Shown here piece after piece: positions 14,201-39,492 of a DNA stretch of 64,000 bases; position 1 is the first letter of the stretch; every line of letters begins with the position of its first letter. The stretch comes from Lama glama (Eukaryota): positions 7,070,001-7,134,000 of the forward strand of contig CM052816.1 in NCBI GenBank assembly GCA_028534125.1. Direction: 5' to 3'. Under the pieces are notes generated by a model. That model saw nothing but the letters and a program-made list of their open reading frames with translations, made no database searches and was not told where the DNA came from. The translations under genes were made by a program, and so were the position numbers.

Positions 14201-15379
14201 ATGATTTAAAAAAAAAAACTTGAGCACATCTGTGAAGTCCAGTATTAAAGTCACACTCTTTCTAATGGGCTACGATTAGGACTTTGAATAGACACTGAAA
14301 TAAAACTCAATACAAATGCTGAACTATTCAGGACAAAGGACCTCTACAGAAGCATCTGTTCTGAAAGGCATTCCAGTTTGAGACTTAATTTCAGAATAAG
14401 GCATAATAAATGAACAGAAGACATACAGGGTAAAAAAGGGATTCTGCAATTCCCAACATACTCTGAACCTGACAGAACAAATCTAGGGTTTTTTTTTTTA
14501 TTATCTTTCTTTAAACAATTGCCAAGACTGGAATCAAAGATAAATAGAAGGCACAACAGTTTTGCTCCGGTTTTGGGTTATTCAGACTTCAAAAAAAATT
14601 TTTTTGTGTGTTTTTCCTTTTTTTACAAACAAATTAAACAAAAAACTCTACTTCAAAAAAAAAAAAAACCTAACAGTTCAAGAAAAGCCTATCAGTTGCA
14701 TTCTAGACATTTAAAACCTATCTCACAATTTAAATTTCAATGGTAAAAACAGTAGGTTTTAGAATTGTTTTGTGACCACATAGAAGAAAAAAAAAACTCC
14801 ACTAATACCTTTTATTCAGTTTTTAACCATACCAAGTGAGAATCAACAAAATTGTCAATTTTTCCAATGGCAATTGCTCCACACCAGAAGGTAGTCATGA
14901 CTCTCAAAGAAGAAATAATTTGGGTTTTTTCTGCCTTCAAAATGTTTATCAAATCCTGTTATTCTCACAGGCTTTTGAAACACGTAGAAAATAAGTAAGA
15001 AATATTCCAATGAATGAAACATACCAAATGTCAGTAATAAGCAAGACACATTCCTTTGGGGAAATGGCTGTTAAAAAAAAATTCAGTCTGTATGCGCAAA
15101 TAAAGCAAGGAAATTCAGTCTTTTTTTTCTTCTTTAAAAATCCGTTTTTCCTAAAATATCATTCCACAAAATTGGAAGTGAAGGATTTAAAGGTGAGGAG
15201 GGAAGGGAGGGCGGGAAGGAGCACACACCATTTTAACACAAAAAGTAAAATTGTACAAACTTAAGCAGTTTATAATAGACCAGGATCATATTCCAAGATA
15301 CCAAAGGTTGGCTGAAGAAATTCACCATTTGGAAGGAGCTAGGATTTGTACTGCTGTGTGAAAATCAGTGATGAGGAAT
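8225..15379 (-). other. G3BP1: G3BP1 3'UTR with tandem candidate poly(A) signals; long-isoform end approximate
   Basis: U-rich on the mRNA strand. AATAAA at 14811-14816, 12829-12834, 12594-12599 and 8244-8249; ATTAAA at 14110-14115. Confidence 0.6.
8465..9860 (-). mobile_element. L2 fragments within the distal G3BP1 3'UTR; boundaries approximate
   Basis: L2 3'-end motifs TTCATTCAA..ATATTTATTGA...GGAGCTTACAGTCTAGT at ~8470, ~9100 and ~9690. Confidence 0.65.
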
Positions 15380-28372
<12,993 letters not shown>

Positions 28373-28734
28373 TCAATCTGAAAGATCCAGTACAAGGGGG
28401 AAAAGTGGCAGGGCAGAAGACTGAATCATTTAGCTAAAATCACCTCATGAACTAAAAAGATCATGCCAGCAATTCTTGGTTTTTAAAAGGAATAAACAGT
28501 TATTAGAACAAACAAAACCCACATACATCAGTGAGATTTTAGACATTCAAATTTACTGCAATCAGATGAAAGCTAGAGGAAAAAGTCACTACAAAGAATT
28601 AGTCCATCATTATTACCAATATTCAATTTTCTTAAGCTGAATATAAGAACCTCAAAAGTACACAATTCCAATATGCATCCTATCATAATTTTTCTAAGCT
28701 ATTAAACTCAATTAAGATCATTTCAATTGTCAGT

Positions 28735-28836
28735 GGGGTGGGATGGTATAGCTCACTGGTATAGTGCTAGGTTCAACCCCCAGTACCACCATTAAAAAAC
28801 TAATTAAATAAACCCAATTAACAGTCCCCCCCAAAA
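28735..28836 (+). mobile_element. Vic-1-like SINE, internally deleted
   Basis: GGTATAGCTCACTGGTA...GGTTCAACCCCCAGTACCACCATTAAAA plus the AATAAACC..ATTA..CCCCC tail. Confidence 0.75.
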
Positions 28837-29156
28837 AGATTGCTCCAGTTGTAACATTACAACATATTTTTATTTATGACAATATTAGATTCAAGGGTGT
28901 TAAGTCAATATGTATGCCTTTGACATAAAGGAACATGTTATCATATTTTTGGCCAAACTATAGAAATTTTTAGTATCTTTGAAAAAGAAAACACAAAAAA
29001 TTCTAAATATGCTGAGTTTATAACAGGACCAAAAATAAGAAAATAGAACAGGCAAAAGGTAACAAACAAGATGTTTTAATGCAATCAAAAAATCCCTATG
29101 ACCTTGAAATTATGACTTTAAAGTTAGTATTGCTGAGTGTTAAGAAAGGCATCTGG

Positions 29157-29891
29157 AAAAAAAAGGAACCCTCCTACTTTTGGTGGGAATGTAAATTGGT
29201 GCGGCCACTATGGAACACAGTATTGAGGTTCCTTAAAAAGCTAAAAACAGAGTTATCACATGATCCAGCAATCCCACTCCTGGGCATATATCCAGAGGAA
29301 ACTCTTAATTCAAAAAGATACATGCACCCCACTGTTCACAGCAGCACTATTTACAATAGCCAAGACAGGGAAGCAACCTTAATGCCCATCGACAGATGAA
29401 TGGATAGAGAAGATGTTTTGTGTGCGTGTGCGTGTGCGTGGTGGACTCAGCCATTAAAAACATGAAATAATGCCATTTGCAGCAACATGGATGGAACTAG
29501 ATATTATTTATATTAAGGGAAGTAAGTCAGAGAAAGACAAATATATATCGCTTATATGTGGTCTAAAAAAAAAAAAGATACAAGTGAACTTACTAACAAA
29601 CTGGAAATAGACTCACATAGAAAACAAACTATAGTTACCAAGGGGAAAGGGGTGAGGGGGACGGATAAACCAGGAGTTTGAGATCAACATATACGCACTA
29701 CTATATATAAAATAAACAAGGACCTACTATATAGCACAGGGAACTGTATTCAGTATCTTGTAATAATCTATAATGGAAAAGAATCTGAAAAAGAATATAT
29801 ATGCATAACTGAATCACTTTGCTGTACATATGAAACTAATACAGCATTTAAATCAACTATACTTCAATAAAAATAAATAAACTTTAAAAAT
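29157..29891 (+). mobile_element. 5'-truncated L1 (ORF2 C-terminus + 3'UTR + A tail), antisense to G3BP1
   Basis: Translation contains [10 protein letters not shown]...[17 protein letters not shown]-rich tail; diverged TSD GAAAGGCATCTGG / GAAAGGCACCTAG. Confidence 0.93.
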
Positions 29892-29941
29892 GAAAGGCAC
29901 CTAGCACACAGTAAGTTCTCAATTACTGTCAGTTACTGTCG

Positions 29942-30206
29942 AAAAAAAAAAAAAACAAATTTATGGTTACCAGTGGGGAAAAAGTGGGGGGAGGGATAAA
30001 CTGGGAGTCTGGGACTTGCAGATACTGACTACTATACATAAAATAAACAACAAGGTCCTACTGTATAACATAGGGAACTATATTCAATCTCTTGTAATAG
30101 CCTATAATAAAAAGGAATATATATATAACTGAATCACTATGCTGTACTTCAGAAATTAACACACTGTAAACCGACTATACTTCAATTAAACAAAACAAAA
30201 CAAAAC
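29942..30206 (+). mobile_element. Second L1 3'UTR fragment of the same family
   Basis: Paralogous to 29620-29870 (GGTTACC...AACAAGG..CCTACT...AACTGAATCACT...ACTATACTTCAAT). Confidence 0.88.
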
Positions 30207-32936
30207 CTTTCAAAAAAATATTTGGCAAGGGATAATCCAACTTTTCATTTGAGAAGATAAAATCATTCTGAACTTAAACATAAAAGCAAATGGAGGCATG
30301 TGTAATTAGCTACAGCATAAAGGGAAATGGAGAGAAATTTCATTTCAGTCTCCTTAAAGGATGGGCAAAACAGATTGAGTTTGGTTGGTCAACTCCTGCA
30401 CATACAATGTGTGGAGATGTTTATCTTCACTTACTGCATTTCTGCATTATTCTTAAATAACTGTCCCATTTACTACCCGTTTCACCAAAATCTAAGAAAT
30501 TAGACTAAGAACAGCAATCTAACTGCATCATTGATACTGCCATGGAGTCTCATTATAATAATAATTTCAAAGTAATATTTTGTCAAATATTACTTCTCAC
30601 ATCCAATCTTCCCAAGGAGAATGATGAAAATCCTCTAGGTTATGTATCAAAGGTAAGAAAAATAAAAATTTATTCATCAGTCCTAGAACTTCTCCTTTCC
30701 CTTTCTTTGAGCTTATCTAGATAATTCATACGAGTTAATGTCAGTCATCTGGGTTTCCTCCCAATAGCTTTGCATCCTCCAAAGGCTGACATTCACACTG
30801 CCAATACTACATGGTTCACTGAAGTGGAAGCTCCAGCTCCTCAAATCTCTCCTTTAAGCTCTTCTATAATAAATACCAACCAATCAGCACAAGGGAAACG
30901 GTAGCACTGTTTAAAAATATTCCCATCAATTATAATTTAAAAAAAAAGAAAAAGTAATATTCTGTGTGTGTAAATACACATAGCACATTAGTGAAAAGGA
31001 ACAATATTGCTTCAATGTAAAAAAAAAAAAAGACTGATTTCCTAACTTAAAATAGCCAAAGGCTTCTAGAATTTTACATAAGTCACGGTTGGATAAAAAT
31101 AACATTTTGAAAGAAGGAGGCAAGCTTCTTCCTAAGAGTTAAGTTTTTTAAAGACCACTCCTTATGTAACTTTTCTTAGGCAAGCCCCCAAACTTGAGTG
31201 TCTGACACATAACAGGAATAAAAACTTCCTTTCATTCAACATTCTCAACACACATGGAGGTTAGAACTTTATGAGCTAAACAGATTTCTGATCATCTATT
31301 TGCCAGGTGGAACTGTCCAGTTTTCCAGAATTCAGACTGACAGCAGATACAACATTTTTTTTTCAATTACTATGAAAACTAAACTAAGGTGCTAGAAATC
31401 ATAAAGTAGTTGCCTAAGAGGGAACAGACTGGAAACGACCTGAGAGGAACTAGCTGGAGGGAGAAATGTTCATATCTGAGTGATGGTTACCTGCATAAAA
31501 CCAACTTTTCAAACAGGACCCTTAAATTCTGTAATTTTATTGTTTGTAAAGTATGTCTCACAAAATCAAAATAAAAATGCCTCCACATGAAAAAAAAATA
31601 ATCCTTAAGACACCATAAAATATATTAGAATTATTAATACTGAACCATCCAACAGCACCAGTGACTACAAAATGTTAAGTGAAGATCTTCAGTAATCTAA
31701 AATCACACACTGAAAGTTCTGTGAATAACCTTATCTATCTGATGACCATTCTCAGTAACAAAGAAAATGCAGAAAATTTTGGTGATTTGAGCCCAAAATA
31801 TTTGAGTCTATAAAAAGAGACTCAATCCTCATTAGAAAAAATTTATTTGCTAAATCACTTCCCTGAAATTTCCATCTTTATTTTTGCCCGAAACATAAAA
31901 CAGAAGCAATGACAAACGTGTAAACTAACATCACATCTTCTGAGAATACACTAATCCCACCCTGGTTCATTAGAACCCTAAATTCTATCAAATCTAAAAT
32001 AATGAAAGTAAACAAAATCAAATGATGAGGTTCTACCAGTTACTGACCCACTATGACAATTATCAACTATGTATATCAATGAAAAGACATGCTAAAAAGT
32101 TCCCAAGATTCTCCCTCATTTATTAAATACTGAAACACTGTCCTTTTAGGAAAGGTTTTACAATTTTGTACATCTATGGGGACTCTTGCTGTTCCTTATA
32201 TAACAGCATATGCCAATGGATGCATTATTGGTTGGACTATGAAGCATGTACCAAAATCAGAAATAGGAGACTAATTACATAGTCTTATTACTTTAATTAT
32301 CAACAGCAATTCCCCCTTCCCCATGCCCTTGTGAAGACTCGAAGACTTTCTAAAAGATATTTGCCACTCTCCCAAAACGAAGTAAGTTCCTTGAACATTC
32401 CAAGTCATTCCAATTTGGACATCACTCTCTTGGAACACAGCTTTCAGACTGCCAGGATAAACTTTTTGCAGTATGTATCACAAATCACTCAAAAACAGTA
32501 TTCCTAAGAATGATATAAACTGAAATCACTGTAGTCTAGAAAGATGAATGATGAAACAAACAGGACCTGGGAGGGAGGAAGGTAATCACTCACTTTCACC
32601 AAAGGAAATTTATTTTCCACTAATTTTATATCCAAGTTTGTAATACTGTGAATGTCGTAATATGCCAAAACTGTACTGTATGATAGGGACAGGAAAATAC
32701 GTTTTCAAATTTCCCTTAAAATTCTTTTCAAGAAATACTGAAAAGGTCCCAGATTAGGGGAAGGGGAAAGAAAGAACAGTTCTTGGCCTCAAGAAGTAAA
32801 CAAGGCCACTTAGAAATACTTAAGGAATTAAAAGAAAAAAATACTTAAGGAAGCCCCTTAATGCTTAATGGAGAGGATCAAATCTGTATACAAGACACTT
32901 TTGATTAAAAGCAAGTGTGCTGAAATTTTTTAAAAA

Positions 32937-33045
32937 GGGGAGGAGAGGATAGAGCTCAGTGGTAGAATACATGTGTAGCAAAGAATTAAAATGTTTAAAA
33001 ATTTTTAAATAAATAAATAAATCTAATTACTTCCCCCAAAAAAGC
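32937..33045 (+). mobile_element. Vic-1-like SINE, B-box region deleted
   Basis: GGATAGAGCTCAGTGGTAGAA... plus AAATAAATAAATCTAATTACTTCCCCC tail. Confidence 0.7.
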
Positions 33046-33073
33046 TTACACAAAAAAGCATTTAAAAAAAAGA

Positions 33074-33174
33074 TGGGTGGACATAGCTAGCTCAGTGGTA
33101 AATCATGTGCTCAGCATGCACAAGGTACTAGGTTCAATCCCCATTACTGCTCTTTTTAAATAAATAAAATTAAG
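33074..33174 (+). mobile_element. Vic-1-like SINE with diverged TSD
   Basis: TAGCTCAGTGGTAAA...GGTTCAATCCCC; flanked by AAAAAAGCA(T/C)TTAAAAAAAA. Confidence 0.8.
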
Positions 33175-34789
33175 AAAAAAGCACTTAAAAAAAAAATACT
33201 TGAAGCAAAGATAGTAAACATGACCTTCAGTTTACCAGTTCTAACCGAACTGATAAATCCAAGACTAGTAAAGTATGGCAAATGAACTTTGAAACCAAGT
33301 ATTCTATTTTAAAGCAGTAAATGAGTACTTGACATGCAACAAAGGGAAACCCCCAAATTTCTTTGATCAGTTCTCACTGGGGAAAATTCTAATACCATTC
33401 ACTGCTTGTGCTCCTGAGCTAGTAATAATCTGGTGCAACGTAAAAACTGAGAACACTGACCACTCCTGGTTGGTTGTTGGTTTTTGGTTTCTTGGGGGAG
33501 GGGGTGAAAGAGGAATTCTGTATGAAACAGTCCATACAAAAATTACTACATAAAAACCACAAGGTGTAAACACATACAACATAAGGTATAAGAACATATA
33601 TAAACATAAGGTATAAAAAGTATTCATTGTTGCACTATAGCTGTGTTATAGGAAATTATATTGTTTCACATAATAGATAAAGAATATTTTTAATGGGATA
33701 CTATGTAGCTATTAAAGAGAAAAAATGTATAGACCTCTGGATTGCTGGAATGTCCTGTGATGAACATGCATTACTTTCAGAATAAAATAAAAACACAGCA
33801 AAGGGTACCAGGTCCAATAATTAATGGTATGTTAAATCCTACATATTTTACCTCTTAAAATGAAATGATCTTCAAAAATTCTTTTAGTTTGTAATTCCAT
33901 AAATTTACTCCACTCTGACTTTAATTAGTACAAACTGGGTACTTCAAAAGATCTGAGGACCACAGAACATCTCTGTGTTTACTAGCAGCAGATATAGATG
34001 GTCCAATTTCAACTTTTTCATGGTGCAGGAAGTTTCCATCTGGTTACTTTCTCCCAACTTCCAGGGCTAAGGTCTAAGAGCTAAGCCAGCTCCTAAAAAG
34101 CTCTGGTTTCATCTTTAAATTTGTCTTACAATATCTATTTACTTTGTTTTTTAAAAGGATTATATCAGAATATTTTCTGAAGTTTTCCAATTTTAGGAAA
34201 GATCTGCTTTTGGCCTTAATACTGTAAGCATTCCAACAGCATCATTTTGTGATGATCTTAGGGTCCATCAAAGCAAACAAAAGCATGATAACGTACTTTA
34301 CAGAATACGAAAGCAAAGTTTGAGGCAACAGAATTGGTATTAGCTACCTACAAGAAGAATTTAATGTTTATACTTTTCTTACTATATTTGTAAACCACAC
34401 ATCAGTGAGTGCTATCCTAAAAAAAATATACACAGAAATGTCAACATCACAGATTAACATAATCACGGATTTATTTTTCACTAGTTGACCCTGATTTGTG
34501 AAATACTCCCTTAACTTTCAAAATATCCACTTCATCTCAATTACTAGACTGCATGGCAATTTAAAAAAAAAATTCCACATCAGTAATTTCGCTGGAACGC
34601 AGAGAAATGTTAAAGGTGCTTCTTTTAACTGAGCCTAAAAGAGCCTTGAGCATTTATGTTCCAAGAGCAGGGACATATGAACACCAACTATAATCCACCT
34701 GAATTTTTAACTAGTAGAGCCTACTCTTTCTAATGAAATCAAAATAGCAAAATGTCTTAACTCAAGATCTCGAAGTACCCATTGTAAAT

Positions 34790-37700
34790 TAAAAACCACA
34801 GCATCATACTATAAGAGATTAGTATCCAGAATGGATACAGAATGCCCAAACAGATCACTAAAATAATAATCTAAGAGAAAAACAAAGGAAATGGAATAGG
34901 CAATTCTCAGGAAAGTAGACAGGCAATAAAACTAAGTAACTAACAAAATGTATATTAAAACTTAGCAGTTCTCACAGGAGAGCGTCCAAAATATTAAAAT
35001 GTCAAAAGACAAGATACATACACAAGAGAAACTCACTCATTTGCACAAGACGTAAACAGAGAAATTAAGTGCTACTCTATTTGTAAAACATAAAACAGGT
35101 AACAACCCACATGTCCATCAGATGAGAAATGGATTAAGCTGCGGTTTATTCTCGTCATGGAAACTTCTGTAATCATATAGGCATTTAAAAGACTGAAAAG
35201 TGGTACAATAATTACGCCAGGTTAACTGGACTGAATTAGGACTGTTCCTGGGAAACAAGACATAAGTCACCCTATTTATAGCAGTCATAAAGTCGGCATG
35301 AACTAGATCTCAAAAACAAAAAGTCAGTTGCCAAACATGTACTGTATGATAGCTTTTAAATGTTTTAAGTTTTTAGTATATACAAAATAATACCAGCTAT
35401 TGTTCATAGATGCATATATTATGTTAAAAATAGTCTGGATGTAAAAATATACAAATAGAGCCATGCAACAGAATAAAGAAATATACTGACATAAATGGAC
35501 AACTGATTTCCAACAAAAATGCATACAATTCAGTAGAAAAAGGGTAGTCTTTTTAACAAATGGTGCTGGAACAACTGCATATCCATATACAGAAATAAAC
35601 AGAACTTCAATTCAGGCCTCATGGTATATTAAAATTTAACTCAATGCTTTTAGGTAAAACTAAAACCATGAAACTAGTAAAGAATATCTGCATGACCTTG
35701 AGTCATTTTTAGACTCAACACCAAAAACATGATCTGTAAGAGAACAGACTGATAATGTGAATGTCATCAAAATTAAAACGTTTTGCTCTGCAAAAGATAC
35801 TAAGAGAAATGAAAAGGCAAAGCACATTTGGAATAAATATTTGCAAAGCAATGAGCAAAAGAGACACTTCATCTAAGAAATTACTCGAATACCAAATAAG
35901 CAAATGAAAAAGGATGAACTTCAACATCATTAGTAATCATAGAAATGCAAATTAAAACCACTATAAGGTACCACTACACACCTGTCAGCATGACTAAAAC
36001 TAAAAAAGGCTGACCATACAGTGCTGGCCAGGATCTTGAGGAAATGGAACCCTAAAACACTGCTGGTAGGAAATGTAAAATGGTACAACCACTTTTTCAG
36101 GCAGTTAAGTTTCTTAAGCTTTATTTGTAATAGCGAAAAGCTGAAAAAAACCAATATCCATCAACTGGTGAATGGATAAACAAATTGTGGTATATTTACA
36201 GAACAGCACTATTCAGCAATTTTTTTTAAAAGTACATGTTGTATGATCCATTTACATTAACAATTATAGAAAATGTAAACTGATTTTCAGTGACAGAAAG
36301 CAGATAAGGGATTCTTGGGGGCAGAAGAGGAGGGTGAGTGGATAGTAGAGGGGATTTCACAAAGGGGTGTGAGAAAACTTCTGGGGTGATAGGCCTTTTC
36401 ACTGTCTTGATTGTGACAGTTTCATAGGTATCAACAATGCCAAAAGCTATCAGTCTGTACACTTAAAATACGTGCAGTTTATTGTATGTCAGCTATATCT
36501 CAATGAAGCCATTTAAAAAAATTTTTAACCCACATGTGAAACAGCTTGGAAAGACAGAAGATTGTCTCAGTGGAAGAGAAAGGAATGGAAACCTGCACAG
36601 AAAAAAAATTCAAACTTAAGAGTGATGCAAAATGTTAACAGTCAATTCTGAGTACAATGGTATTTAAAGGGTCTTTTTACTCTACTTTAATAATTTATCA
36701 GAAACACTAAGGAAAAATAAACAGCGAGGGTTTTTGTGTACTAATCTAAGTACATAGTAAAATGTTGTAAATTTTGTAGAAAGGTTATGCTATGTAGTAT
36801 TCAAACATTTGAAATTTGGTTTAATTATCAGAGAAATAAATGGTTTCCCAGAACCAGAAAAACTGATACTGAAACCAATGTCTGTGCTCAGAGCAAGAGC
36901 AGTATAACCATCACTGGATCTAGTACTGTTCAATCTGTTCTCCAGACTCCTCACATTTACCACCTGTCACCTCCCTTCAAAACCCTTCCTGACAACTCCT
37001 TGGAGAAATGGTTCATTCTAGGGCTTGGACAGGCAAAATACAAGATGAGTCTAAACTATCTGATAAAGAAGGATAATGCTTAATTAAAAAAAACCAACAA
37101 CAAAAAACCTTGGGGAACATCAAAAGGACACAAGAGCCAAAACTGGAACATTTCAAGCAATAAAACAGTAAGTAAAAAAGCAAAAATAAGTTAGGAAAAC
37201 ACTGGATTACAACCCCAAAGAATATCCATGAGCCCATGCTGATATAAATAACTAAAAAAAAACAAACAAACAAATAATGGGTAAATAGTCCTAATAATAT
37301 GGGAAAATAAAGTCTTAATAAGACTAATAAAATAATAAAATATAATGGGAAGAGATCTTTCTTACGGAAGAATTCCAAATGATGTAGAAGGAAGAAGGGA
37401 AATAAAGGATCATCATGAGAACACAACAATCACAGTGGCAAGCAAGACCCATCAATAAACGCTCAATAAGGGGGGAAACTTGAAACACAGTATTTGCATA
37501 AGTTCAAAGTGTTCCCACCAAATGCTTAATAACAATAGTGGGAGCTTTAATACAGGCCCACAAATTCAAATATTCTCCTCCCTTGGTAACTAGCTTCTAA
37601 TAAAAAGAATATGCAAAAGAAAAACATACTAACCTGGTAGATACCACTTTAATCAAGTGGTCAAGGTTAAACTCAACCAGAAACATTACGTGTCCCATGT

Positions 37701-38100
37701 GTAGTAAGAAAGTTAAGTCACCTCTGTGGTATTCTTCCCGATAATCCATAACCTCAGTTTACTCAACACCAAGTATACCCAAATTGAGATCAAGGGTCAA
37801 GGTCATTAAAGATGAAGAAGTACAAGAAACTGTCACAGATCAGAGAGAAACTAGAGACATGAGGACTAACTGTAATGTGGTATCTTGGATTGGATCCCGG
37901 AATAGAAAAACGACATCAGTGGAAAAACTAAGGAAATCCAAGTAAGGTCAATGCTTTAGTTAACAGTATTTTATCAATGTTAATTTATTTTTGATAAATG
38001 TACCATGATTTTGTAAGATGTTAACATTAGGGAAGTTGTGTGAAGGATATACAAGATATGTATTACAACTCCTCTGTAAATTGAAAATTACCTCAAAAAC
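34790..38100 (+). mobile_element. Cluster of old L1M fragments; boundaries approximate
   Basis: L1 ORF2/3'UTR motifs: TTTAACAAATGGTGCTGGAACAACTG, GAAATGCAAATTAAAACCAC, GAATGGATAAACAAATTGTGGTATAT, TAAATGTACCATG...GATGTTAACATTAGGGAA. Confidence 0.75.
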
Positions 38101-39313
38101 AAGTTTCTTCGAAAGAAAAAAATTCAAGACAAGAATTGGGAAACTTAACAATTCACTAACTTTTTTGGTTTCTAGCACCCCTTCCAAAGTTAAAAGCTAG
38201 TCAGGTTAATAAGCAACAATCAGTCTTTTCTCACCAAGATAAATACTTTATAGTCAATACTAATTCCTCAACTATGAAATTCCTTAAAAACATGAATTTT
38301 CCACCCTTTAGATCCCATAAAGCATAGGTGGACACATGTCAGGAATCCTTAAGAGCAAACTCAAGAGTCCACAAACATTGGGTATGAGTGAGGCACGGTG
38401 TACAAAACCTGGAAGGGCAGGTAGGTGTCACTCATGGCTTCGAAGATTCTGGAACCCTCAAAGTTTTTTGAATAAGGAAATCTCTACCACATAGCTGTCT
38501 ATGTTCCTAACTTGGTATATACCACATGCTTTACAAAGCAGGTTAGACAATTATTTGGGTTTCAGGGCAACAGTTCTTATAAATAAAGATGTGTGAAAGC
38601 ACCTTAAAAATACATAAAAGGCCAGGCAAAGACACAATGACACTGCTACACAGCCACTTAAGTTAGTAGCCACCGGGAAGACATCCCTACTAAGTGGAAG
38701 TGTGTCCCATCCAAGAAGTCAGCTTTCTTCTCTGAACTCTCTCTAATAATTTATTTTTTATCAAATACCTGCAATACAGCATACAGGCTAAATAGCTAAG
38801 CAACACGACATGACAAATAGGCCAGATGGCAGAACTGGAAATCTATCACTTAAAGTCATCTGAAAATCTGATTTTATTTACAAAGGCCACACCCTAGAAG
38901 AAAACTTTTAAACTACACTCTGCTTTTATAACGCTCCTCCTTCCCATTCTTCATATGCAGATTATTCCTAACTCTTCACTTATCATCTGGCTTGCAGTTC
39001 ATCTCTCCAACCAAGGCCAGGGTGTCCAGTATTAAAAAAAAAAAAAAAAAAACAGAAAGCTGATTTCTGAGATTTAAAAACATAACCTAGTTAACCACCA
39101 CAGTGTCATCACCTACTATAAGTGAGATTACAGTTGCCGAATCTAAATTTAACTCCATGGCTGGAAGGATAGTATTGTACTAAAGGTTTTTCCCACTAGC
39201 TGTTAAAACCGACTAGCCAGGAGAGGAAAAAAAACGCTTTTTTTCCCCTCACTTATCTATTTTAACTATTATCTCCTTTTGTAAAGTCAGTAAGTTTTGT
39301 CCAGGGCAGTCTT

Positions 39314-39492
39314 CCTCCAGCCTCTTTCTTCCTCTTCAGTAATGCTTTGGCAATTCTAGGTCTTTGATGGTTTCATATAAATTTTATTATGATTTGTTCT
39401 AGTTCTGTGAAATATGTCCTGGGTAATTTGATAGGGATTGTATTAAATCTGTAGATTGCCTTGGGCAGAGTGACCATTTTAACAATATTGAT
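39314..39492 (-). mobile_element. Internal L1 ORF2 fragment, tailless, with 14-bp TSD
   Basis: Minus strand reads [73 protein letters not shown] on both sides. Confidence 0.9.

Noticed and set aside
29079..29399. 106-aa ORF as a host gene
   Set aside because: It is the decayed, frameshifted C-terminus of L1 ORF2.
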